Shown: in pieces, positions 15,001 to 26,500 of the stretch
How positions within the stretch are numbered: position 1 is the stretch's first letter
Layout: every line of letters starts with the position of its first letter
Origin: Gordius albopunctatus
Lineage: Eukaryota
DNA length: 64,000 bases
NCBI GenBank assembly: GCA_964276515.1
Contig: OZ193910.1
Span: 7,564,001 to 7,628,000 of the forward strand
Reading direction: 5' to 3'
The notes under the pieces: model-generated
The model's input: only the letters and a program-made list of their open reading frames with translations
Told to the model about the DNA's origin: nothing
Databases searched by the model: none
Program-made: the position numbers and the translations under genes

Positions 15001-18000
15001 TTTTTGATGACTGATCAAAAAAATGTTTTTAAAGGAATTCACCTCTTATACCGAAAACTTTCATGAGAGCTATATGGTTGAACAAAAAAAATTAAAACAA
15101 TTTTGAGGTCGAAAAAAATATTATTTTTCATATTCTTTCGAAAGGGAGATGAAAAAAGAATTTTTGCGTGGGGGATGTTTGAGATTGAGAGAAATTAAAA
15201 TTTTCGTGTTGCGTTTAGATTGTTTCAATATCGCTTTATAAGCGTGTTTCTAGTTTTAGTGAAACAGGCTCTATGCGATCGTGATTTAGAGTTAATAATT
15301 TTTGATGACTGATCAAAAAAATATTTTTCAAGGAATTCACCTCTTATACCGAAAACTTTCATAAGAGCTATATGGTTGAACAAAAAAATTGAAAAAATTT
15401 TGAGGTCAAAAAAAATATTATTTTTCATATTCTTTCGAAAGGGATGATGAAAAAACCTTTAAAAGTTAGTAAATACTCATAGAATTTTGTCCTTGTTAGA
15501 ATCTTGATAGGAACTTTTGCGTGGGGTGATGTTTTAGATTGAGAGAAATTAAAATTTTCGTGTTGCGTTTAGATTGTTTCAATATCGCTTTATAAGCGTG
15601 TCTCTAGTTTTAGTGAAACAAGCTCCATGCGATCGTGATTTAGAGTTAATAATTTTTGATGACTGATCAAAAAAAATGTTTTTCAAGGAATTAACATTTT
15701 TTACCGAAAACTTTCATGAGAGCTATATGGTTGAAGAAAAAATTGAAAAAATTATGAGGTCGAAAAAAATATTATTTTTCATATTCTTTCGAAAGGGAGA
15801 TGAAAAAACCTTTAAAAGATAGTAAATACTCATAGAATTTTGTCCTTGTTTGAATCTTGATAGGAAATTTTGCGTGGGGTGATGTTTTAGATTGAGAGAA
15901 ATTAAAATTTTCGTGCTGCGTTTAGATTGTTTCAATATCGCTTTATAACTGTGTCTCTAGTTTTAGTGAAACAAGCTCCATGCGATCGTGATTTAGAGTT
16001 AATAATTTTTGATGACTGATCAAAAAAAATGTTTTTAAAGGAATTAACATTTTTTACCGAAGAATTTCTTAGAGCTATATGGTTGAACAAAAAAATTGAT
16101 AAAATTTTGAGGTCGAAAAAATATTATTTTTCATATTCTTTCGAAAGGGAGATGAAAAAATCTTTAAAAGTTAGTAAATATTCTTAGCATTTTGTCCTTG
16201 TTAGAATCTTGATAGGAACTTTTGCGTGGGAGGATGTTTTAGATTGAGAGAAATTAGAATTTTCGTGTTGTATTTAGATTGTTTCAATATCGCTTTATAA
16301 ACGTGTTTCTAGTTTTAGTGAAACAAGCTCTATGCGATCGTGATTCAGAGTTAATAATTTTTGATGACTGATCAAAAAAATGTTTTTAAAGGAATTCACC
16401 TCTTATACCGAAAACTTTCATGAGAGCTATATGGTTGAACAAAAAAATTGAAAAAATTTTGAGGTCGAAAAAAATATTATTTTTCATATTCTTTCGAAAG
16501 GGATGATGAAAAAACCTTTAAAAGATAGTAAATACTCATAGAATTTTGTCCTTGTTAGAATCTTGATAGGAACTTTTGCGTGGGGTGATGTTTTAGATTG
16601 AGAGAAATTAAAATTTTCGTGTTGCGTTTAGATTGTTTCAATATCGCTTTATAAGCGTGTCTCTAGTTTTAGTGAAACAAGCTCCATGCGATCGTGATTT
16701 AGAGTTAATAATTTTTGATGACTGATCAAAAAAAATGTTTTTCAAGGAATTAACATTTTTTACCGAAAACTTTCAGGAGAGCTATATGGTTGAAGAAAAA
16801 ATTGAAAAAATTTAGAGGTCGAAAAAAATATTATTTTTCATATTCTTTCGAAAGGGAGATGAAAAAATCTTTAAAAGTTAGTAAATATTCATAGCATTTT
16901 GTCCTTGTTAGAATCTTGATAGGAACTTTTGCGTGGGAGGATGTTTTAGATTGAGAGAAATTAGAATTTTCGTGTTGTATTTAGATTGTTTCAATATCGC
17001 TTTATAAGCGTGTTTCTAGTTTTAGTGAAACAAGCTCTATGCGATCGTGATTCAGAGTTAATAATTTTTGATGACTGATCAAAAAAATGTTTTTAAAGGA
17101 ATTCACCTCTTATACCGAAAACTTTCATGAGAGCTATATGGTTGAACAAAAAAATTGAAAAAATTTTGAGGTCGAAAAAAATATTATTTTTCATATTCTT
17201 TAGAAAAGGAGATGAAAAAATCATTAAAAGATTTTAAATATTCTTAGCATTTTGTTCTTGTTAGAATCTTGATAGGAACTTTTGCGTGGGGGGATGTTTT
17301 AGATTGAGAGAAATTAGAATTTTCGTGTTGCGTTTAGATTGTTTCAATATCGCTTTATAAGCGTGTCTCTAGCTTTAGTTAAACAAGCTCCATGCGATCG
17401 TGATTTAGAGTTAATAATTTTTGATGACTGATCAAAAAAAATGTTTTTCAAGGAATTAACATTTTTTACCGAAAACTTTCAGGAGAGCTATATGGTTGAA
17501 GAAAAAATTGAAAAAATTTAGAGGTCGAAAAAAATATTATTTTTCATATTCTTTCGAAAGGGAGATGAAAAAATCTTTAAAAGTTAGTAAATATTCATAG
17601 CATTTTGTCCTTGTTAGAATCTTGATAGGAACTTTTGCGTGGGAGGATGTTTTAGATTGAGAGAAATTAGAATTTTCGTGTTGTATTTAGATTGTTTCAA
17701 TATCGCTTTATAAGCGTGTTTCTAGTTTTAGTGAAACAAGCTCTATGCGATCGTGATTCAGAGTTAATAATTTTTGATGACTGATCAAAAAAATGTTTTT
17801 AAAGGAATTCACCTCTTATACCGAAAACTTTCATGAGAGCTATATGGTTGAACAAAAAAATTGAAAAAATTTCGAGGTCGAAAAAAATATTATTTTTCAT
17901 ATTCTTTTGAAAGGGAGATGAAAAAATCTTTAAAAGATTTTAAATATTCTTAGCATTTTGTCCTTGTTAGAATCTTGATAGGAATTTATGCGTGGGAGGA

Positions 18001-21000
18001 TGTTTTAGATTGAGAGAAATTAAAATTTAGGTGTTGCGTTTAGATTGTTTCAATATCGCTTTATAAGCGTGTCTCTAGTTTTAGTGAAACAAGCTCCATG
18101 CGATCGTGATTTAGAGTTAATAATTTTTGATGACTGATCAAAAAAAATGTTTTTCAAGGAATTAACATTTTTTACCGAAAACTTTCATGAGAGCTATAGG
18201 GTTGAAGAAAAAATTGAAAAAATTATGAGGTCGAAAAAAATATTATTTTTCATATTCTTTCGAAAGGGAGATGAAAAAAGAATTTTATGTTTGAGATTGA
18301 GAGAAATTAAAATTTTCGTGTTGCGTTTAGATTGTTTCAATATCGCTTTATAAGCGTAGATTGAGAGAAATTAAAATTTTCGTGTTGCGTTTAGATTGTT
18401 TCAATATCGCTTTATAAGCGTGTCTCTAGTTTTAGTGAAACAGGCTCTATGCGATCGTGATTTAGAGTTAATAATTTTTGATGACTGATCAAAAAAAATG
18501 TTTTTCAAGGAATTAACATTTTTTACCGAAAACTTTCAGGAGAGCTATATGGTTGAAGAAAAAATTGAAAAAATTTAGAGGTCGAAAAAAATATTATTTT
18601 TCATATTCTTTCGAAAGGGAGATGAAAAAATCTTTAAAAGTTAGTAAATATTCATAGCATTTTGTCCTTGTTAGAATCTTGATAGGAACTTTTGCGTGGG
18701 AGGATGTTTTAGATTGAGAGAAATTAGAATTTTCGTGTTGTATTTAGATTGTTTCAATATCGCTTTATAAGCGTGTTTCTAGTTTTAGTGAAACAAGCTC
18801 TATGCGATCGTGATTCAGAGTTAATAATTTTTGATGACTGATCAAAAAAATGTTTTTAAAGGAATTCACCTCTTATACCGAAAACTTTCATGAGAGCTAT
18901 ATGGTTGAACAAAAAAATTGAAAAAATTTCGAGGTCGAAAAAAATATTATTTTTCATATTCTTTTGAAAGGGAGATGAAAAAAGAATTTTATGTTTGAGA
19001 TTGAGAGAAATTAAAATTTTCGTGTTGCGTTTAGATTGTTTCAATATCGCTTTATAAGCGTAGATTGAGAGAAATTTAAATTTTCGTGTTGCGTTTAGAT
19101 TGTTTCAATATCGCTTTATAAGCGTGTCTCTAGTTTTAGTGAAACAGGCTCTATGCGATCGTGATTTAGAGTTAATAATTTTTGATGACTGATCAAAAAA
19201 AATGTTTTTCAAGGAATTAACATTTTTTACCGAAAACTTTCATGAGAGCTATATGGTTGAACAAAAAAATTGAAAAAATTTTGAGGTCGAAAAAAATATT
19301 ATTTTTCATATTCATTCGAAAGCGAGATGAAAAAATCTTTAAAAGTTAGTAAATATTCTTAGCATTTTGTCCTTGTTAGAATCTTGATAGGAATTTATGC
19401 GTGGGAGGATGTTTTAGATTGAGAGAAATTAAAATTTAGGTGTTGCGTTTATATTGTTTCAATATCGCTTTATAAGCGTGTCTCTAGTTTTAGTGAAACA
19501 AGCTCTATGCGATCGTGATTTAGAGTTAATAATTTTTGATGACTGATCAAAAAAATGTTTTTAAAGGAATTCACCTCTTATACCGAAAACTTTCATGAGA
19601 GCTATATGGTTGAACAAAAAAAATTAAAACAATTTTGAGGTCGAAAAAAATATTATTTTTCATATTCTTTCGAAAGGGAGATGAAAAAAGAATTTTTGCG
19701 TGGGGGATGTTTGAGATTGAGAGAAATTAAAATTTTCGTGTTGCGTTTAGATTGTTTCAATATCGCTTTATAAGCGTGTTTCTAGTTTTAGTGAAACAGG
19801 CTCTATGCGATCGTGATTTAGAGTTAATAATTTTTGATGACTGATCAAAAAAATATTTTTCAAGGAATTCACCTCTTATACCGAAAACTTTCATAAGAGC
19901 TATATGGTTGAACAAAAAAATTGAAAAAATTTTGAGGTCGAAAAAAATATTATTTTTCATATTCTTTCGAAAGGGATGATGAAAAAACCTTTAAAAGTTA
20001 GTAAATACTCATAGAATTTTGTCCTTGTTAGAATCTTGATAGGAACTTTTGCGTGGGGTGATGTTTTAGATTGAGAGAAATTAAAATTTTCGTGTTGCGT
20101 TTAGATTGTTTCAATATCGCTTTATAAGCGTGTCTCTAGTTTTAGTGAAACAAGCTCCATGCGATCGTGATTTAGAGTTAATAATTTTTGATGACTGATC
20201 AAAAAAAATGTTTTTCAAGGAATTAACATTTTTTACCGAAAACTTTCATGAGAGCTATATGGTTGAAGAAAAAATTGAAAAAATTATGAGGTCGAAAAAA
20301 ATATTATTTTTCATATTCTTTCGAAAGGGAGATGAAAAAACCTTTAAAAGATAGTAAATACTCATAGAATTTTGTCCTTGTTTGAATCTTGATAGGAAAT
20401 TTTGCGTGGGGTGATGTTTTAGATTGAGAGAAATTAAAATTTTCGTGCTGCGTTTAGATTGTTTCAATATCGCTTTATAACTGTGTCTCTAGTTTTAGTG
20501 AAACAAGCTCCATGCGATCGTGATTTAGAGTTAATAATTTTTGATGACTGATCAAAAAAAATGTTTTTAAAGGAATTAACATTTTTTACCGAAGAATTTC
20601 TTAGAGCTATATGGTTGAACAAAAAAATTGATAAAATTTTGAGGTCGAAAAAATATTATTTTTCATATTCTTTCGAAAGGGAGATGAAAAAATCTTTAAA
20701 AGTTAGTAAATATTCTTAGCATTTTGTCCTTGTTAGAATCTTGATAGGAATTTATGCGTGGGAGGATGTTTTAGATTGAGAGAAATTAAAATTTTCGTGT
20801 TGCATTTAGATTGTTTCAATATCGCTTTATAAGCGTGTTTCTAGTTTTAGTGAAACAAGCTCTATGCGATCGTGATTCAGAGTTAATAATTTTTGATGAC
20901 TGATCAAAAAAATGTTTTTAAAGGAATTCACCTCTTATACCGAAAACTTTCATGAGAGCTATATGGTTGAACAAAAAAATTGAAAAAATTTTGAGGTCGA

Positions 21001-21636
21001 AAAAAATATTATTTTTCATATTCTTTCGAAAGGGATGATGAAAAAACCTTTAAAAGATAGTAAATACTCATAGAATTTTGTTCTTGTTAGAATCTTGATA
21101 GGAACTTTTGCGTGGGGGGATGTTTTAGATTGAGAGAAATTAGAATTTTCGTGTTGCGTTTAGATTGTTTCAATATCGCTTTATAAGCGTGTCTCTAGCT
21201 TTAGTTAAACAAGCTCCATGCGATCGTGATTTAGAGTTAATAATTTTTGATGACTGATCAAAAAAAATGTTTTTCAAGGAATTAACATTTTTTACCGAAA
21301 ACTTTCAGGAGAGCTATATGGTTGAAGAAAAAATTGAAAAAATTTAGAGGTCGAAAAAAATATTATTTTTCATATTCTTTCGAAAGGGAGATGAAAAAAT
21401 CTTTAAAAGTTAGTAAATATTCATAGCATTTTGTCCTTGTTAGAATCTTGATAGGAACTTTTGCGTGGGAGGATGTTTTAGATTGAGAGAAATTAGAATT
21501 TTCGTGTTGTATTTAGATTGTTTCAATATCGCTTTATAAGCGTGTTTCTAGTTTTAGTGAAACAAGCTCTATGCGATCGTGATTCAGAGTTAATAATTTT
21601 TGATGACTGATCAAAAAAATGTTTTTAAAGGAATTC
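1..21636. repeat. Tandem satellite array, ~353-bp monomer (left block)
   Basis: The unit (...CTTTCGAAAGGGAGATG...CGCTTTATAAGCGTGTCTCTAG...TGATGACTGATCAAAAAAATG...) recurs head-to-tail; monomer-derived ORFs recur at 352-353 bp spacing (e.g. 1881, 2234, 2587). Shorter ~346-bp and ~298-bp deletion monomers are interspersed. Confidence 0.99.
11150..21636. repeat. Distinct satellite subfamily domain (variant B)
   Basis: Diagnostic variants seen only here: TTTTAAAGGAATTC, GGAATTAACATTTTTTACC, GCTCCATG, GGGAGGATG, GTTGAAGAAAAA; most monomer ORFs disappear from the ORF track. Left boundary approximate. Confidence 0.85.
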
Positions 21637-21836
21637 NNNNNNNNNNNNNNNNNNNNNNNNNNNNNNNNNNNNNNNNNNNNNNNNNNNNNNNNNNNNNNNN
21701 NNNNNNNNNNNNNNNNNNNNNNNNNNNNNNNNNNNNNNNNNNNNNNNNNNNNNNNNNNNNNNNNNNNNNNNNNNNNNNNNNNNNNNNNNNNNNNNNNNNN
21801 NNNNNNNNNNNNNNNNNNNNNNNNNNNNNNNNNNNN
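21637..21836. other. Assembly gap (200 N, arbitrary-size scaffold join)
   Basis: Exactly 200 consecutive N. Confidence 0.99.
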
Positions 21837-22247
21837 ATATGGGAATTTAAAAAGTTTGTCCCAATTGGTTAAGTTATAAGGGTTTTTGATAATGGAAGTG
21901 AATATATTTAGCAGAGATTGTTGGATGGAAGGTCTGGCTCCTCTTGGGATTCTGGAGATAGTATTAGGAAATGTGTTTGTTAAAAAAGAGTTGCTCCAAG
22001 ATGAGTCAGGCGGTTGATTAATTGATGGGGAGCATTGTAAGGATGGGGGGATGACGGGGCTAGGAATTGGCGATAGGGGAGCCTCTTCAAAGTTAGAAGC
22101 CAGGGGTGGAATCGGTAAGCAGGGTGGAGGTAATTTGCCCGAAGAAGGGCATCTTGAAGACACTGGACCATGAATCCAGAAACAATTATGTTTATCAAGG
22201 CATATTCGTCGCTTACAAGTTGGGCATAGGGGTTTAGAGATTAACAT
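21837..22247 (-). CDS. Partial ORF: Cys/His putative Zn finger, Pro/Ser-rich linker and RIPRGAR...W motif; resembles the N-terminus of CRE-clade retrotransposon proteins
   Basis: From ATG at 22247: MLISKPLCPTCKRRICLDKHNCFWIHGPVSSRCPSSG, a proline-rich spacer, then TISRIPRGARPSIQQSLLNIFTSIIKNPYNLTNWDKLFKFPY, open up to the gap. GC content is visibly higher than in the flanks. Confidence 0.55.
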
Positions 22248-23528
22248 ATGTGGAATAAAAAAAAAACCTTGATGAGATTGGACAATTAAAATTAAAGTTG
22301 GGATTATTTTAAAGCTGTTTGATTTATAAGAATTTTGTAAGTTTAATAATACAAAAGAGTATCTGGGAAAAGTGTTATTAATTGTATGATATTGGAGAAA
22401 AAAAAGGCTCAAAGGATTCAACAAAGGTCATATTAAAACTTGTAAGGTATACATTGCTTACATTTTGTGATATGGAAACATTATAAAGTGTTTGTAAACA
22501 TGGAGTTTCTTTTGATAATAGTTAAGTTGATTAATGCTTCCACATGATTTATGATTGTTGTTTGGAAGTAAAATCAATACTGAGGATTTGATCAATCACT
22601 TTCTCTTTGTATTTTTTTGTTGGTTTAATATAATGATGAATGATTTTTTGTTTAAAATGAATGTTCATAATTGGTTTAGTGATGAATGTTTGAGGGCTTC
22701 AATTTGCTTGTCTGTTAAACAAATCAAAATGCTGTGATGATGAGATGTTAAAGAATGCCATTAAGATAATAAAATTCTAAGTGTAACACAATATCTCTTC
22801 TATCCATTGAATTGGAATTATGCAGAATTTTTTAAGTATGCATCATTTGGTTTATGTTATAATAATCATAATAAGCATTACTTAAATAGCTGATTGCTTG
22901 TTTCATGTTTCACATTTTGGGATAATTGTATTTAATTGCTGCTCCTAACCCTTAAATAATTGGTAAGTTAGGTGAATAAGGTGTTAGCATATCTTCTCGT
23001 GACAATATTATTTTTATCTTATCAAACACTGTTTGTTATTATATTAATAAACTAAGTAGATTGAAATAATTTATATAAAAATAGGTAAAACAATTTCTTT
23101 ATTTTACAGCAAATAGTAATAGAAGTAAATATATAATTCAAAAACGAACTTTCAATAAACCGAATTGAAACAGAGTTTTGAATGAGCTTTTATATTTCAC
23201 GCTTTTTAATTTTCTAAATTGAACCCCTGGTTACGTCCATGCTTTTGAATATCGCTAGTAACATCGTCCTCTCGTTATGAATCTTGACAGAAAAGTATTC
23301 CCCGAAAGAAGAAAGGTCTATGAACCTCGAATTCGATACAAAAGGCTAAAGTAAACGTGGACGAACGAAAAATAGAAATATTTATATAGATGGTGGCATA
23401 TATCATAGGTGGTAACAATACATCCAATATTACATTTCTCTACTTCTATATCGGTTATTTTTATACAGCTGAATCTTATTATTAAAATTATTCAGATACC
23501 ATAATAGCTGCCATCTTAAAGAAAAAAC
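21837..23528 (-). mobile_element. Non-satellite insert; probable 5' part of a non-LTR retrotransposon (CRE-like), truncated by the gap
   Basis: Unique sequence with a sharp junction to satellite at 23528/23529; contains a minus-strand ORF running into the gap and ~1.3 kb of AT-rich sequence upstream of it. Family assignment is from motif recall only; no RT domain is visible. Confidence 0.5.
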
Positions 23529-26500
23529 CACCTCTTATACCGAAAACTTTCATGAGAGCTATATGGTTGAACAAAAAAATTGAAAAAATTTTGAGGTCGA
23601 AAAAAATATTATTTTTCAAATTCTTTCGAAAGGGAGATGAAAAAATCTTTAAAAGTTAGTAAATATTCTTAGAATTTTGTCCTTGTTAGAATATTGATAG
23701 AAATTTAGGCGTGGGGGGATGTTTTAGATTGAGAGAAATTAAAATTTAGGTGTTGCGTTTATATTGTTTCAATATCGCTTTATAAGCGTGTCTCAAGTTT
23801 TAGTGAAACAAGCTCTATGCGATCGTGATTTAGAGTTAATAATTTTTAATGACTGATCAAAAAAATGTTTTTCAAGGAATTCACCTCTTATACCGAAAAC
23901 TTTAATGAGAACTATATGGTTGAACAAAAAAATTAAAACAATTTTGAGGTCGAAAAAAATATTATTTTTCATATTCTTTCGAAAGGGAGATGAAAAAATC
24001 TTTAAAAGTTAGTAAATATTCTTAGCATTTTGTCCTTTCTTGATAGGAATTTTTGCGTGGGGGATGTTTGAGATTGAGAGAAATTAAAATTTTCGTGTTG
24101 CGTTTAGATTGTTTCAATATCGCTTTATAAGCGTGTCTCTAGTTTTAGTGTAAAAAGCTCTATGCGATCGTGATTTAGAGTTAATAATTTTTGATGACTG
24201 ATCAAAAAAATGTTTTTCAAGGAATTCATCTCTTATACCGAAAACTTTCATGAGAACTATATGGTTGAACAAAAAAATTGAAAAAATTTTGAGGTCGAAA
24301 AAAATATTATTTTTCATATTTTTTCGAAAGGGAGATGAAAAAATCTTTGAAAGTTAGTAAATATTCTTAGCATTTTGTCCTTGTTAGAATATTGATAGAA
24401 ATTTATGCGTGGGGGGATGTTTTAGATTGAGAGAAATTAAAATTTAGGTGTTGCGTTTATATTGTTTCAATATCGCTTTATAAGCGTGTCTCTAGTTTTA
24501 GTGAAACAAGCTCTATGCGATCGTGATTTAGAGTTAATAATTTTTGATGACTGATCAAAAAAATGTTTTTCAAGGAATTCACCTCTTATACCGAAAACTT
24601 TCATGAGAACTATATGATTGAACAAAAAAATTAAAACAATTTTGAGGGGGAAAAAAATATTATTTTTCATATTCTTTCGAAAGGGAGATGAAAAAATCTT
24701 TAAAAGTTAGTAAATATTCTTAGCATTTTGTCCTTTCTTGATAGGAATTTTTGCGTGGGGGATGTTTGAGATTGAGAGAAATTAAAATTTTCGTGTTGCG
24801 TTTAGATTGATTCAATATCGCTTTATAAGCGTGTCTCTAGTTTTAGTGAAACAAGCTCTATGCGATCGTGATTTACAGTTAATAATTTTTGATGACTGAT
24901 CAAAAAAATGTTTTTCAAGGAATTCACCTCTTATACCGAAAACTTTCATGAGAGCTATATGGTTGAACAAAAAAAATTAAAACAATTTTGAGGTCGAAAA
25001 AAATATTATTTTTCATATTCTTTCGAAAGGGAGATGAAAAAATCTTTAAAAGTTATTAAATATTCTTAGCATTTTGTCCTTGTTAGAATCTTGATAGGAA
25101 TTTTTGCGTGGGGGGATGTTTGAGATTGAGAGAAATTAAAATTTTCGTGTTGCGTTTAGATTGTTTCAATATCGCTTTATAAGCGTGTCTCTAGTTTTAG
25201 TGAAACAAGCTCTATGCGATGGTGATTCAGAGTTAATAATTTTTGATGACTGATCAAAAAAATGTTTTTCAAGGAATTCACCTCTTATACCGAAAACTTT
25301 CATGAGAACTATATGGTTGAACAAAAAAATTGAAAAAATTTTGAGGTCGAAAAAAATATTATTTTTCAAATTCTTTCGAAAGGGAGATGAAAAAATCTTT
25401 AAAAGTTAGTAAATATTCTTAGAATTTTGTCCTTGTTAGAATCTTGATAGGAATTTTTGCGTTAACGATGTTTGAGATTGAGAGAAATTAAAATTTTCGT
25501 GTGGCGTTTAGATTGATTCAATATCGCTTTATAAGCGTGTCTCTAGTTTTAGTGTAAAAAGCTCTATGCGATCGTGATTTAGAGTTAATAATTTTTGATG
25601 ACTGATCAAAAAAATGTTTTTCAAGGAATTCACCTCTTATACCGAAAACTTTCATGAGAGCTATATGGTTGAACAAAAAAATTGAAAAAATTTTGAGGTC
25701 GAAAAAAATATTATTTTTCAAATTCTTTCGAAAGGGAGATGAAAAAATCTTTAAAAGTTAGTAAATATTCTTAGAATTTTGTCCTTGTTAGAATCTTGAT
25801 AGAAATTTAGGCGTGGGGGGATGTTTTAGATTGAGAGAAATTAAAATTTAGGTGTTGCGTTTATATTGTTTCAATATCGCTTTATAAGCGTGTCTCTAGT
25901 TTTAGTGAAACAAGCTCTATGCGATCGTGATTTAGAGTTAATAATTTTTGATGACTGATCAAAAAAATGTTTTTCAAGGAATTCACCTCTTATACCGAAA
26001 ACTTTCATGAGAACTATATGGTTGAACAAAAAAATTAAAACAATTTTGAGGTCGAAAAAAATATTATTTTTCATATTCTTTCGAAAGGGAGATGAAAAAA
26101 TCTTTAAAAGTTAGTAAATATTCTTAGCATTTTGTCCTTTCTTGATAGGAATTTTTGCGTGGGGGGATGTTTTAGATTGAGAGAAATTAAAATTTAGGTG
26201 TTGCGTTTATATTGTTTCAATATCGCTTTATAAGCGTGTCTCTAGTTTTAGTGTAAAAAGCTCTATGCGATCGTGATTTAGAGTTAATAATTTTTGATGA
26301 CTGATCAAAAAAATGTTTTTCAAGGAATTCACCTCTTATACCGAAAACTTTCATGAGAGCTATATGGTTGAACAAAAAAATTGAAAAAATTTTGAGGTCG
26401 AAAAAAATATTATTTTTCAAATTCTTTCGAAAGGGAGATGAAAAAATCTTTAAAAGTTAGTAAATATTCTTAGAATTTTGTCCTTGTTAGAATCTTGATA

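Noticed and set aside
21534..21879. ORFs running through the N run, including the 296-aa call
   Set aside because: Artefacts of translating Ns; only the 21837-22247 part is considered.
22555..22737. 60-aa plus-strand ORF in the unique insert
   Set aside because: Short, low-complexity AT-rich translation with a non-ATG start and no motif.
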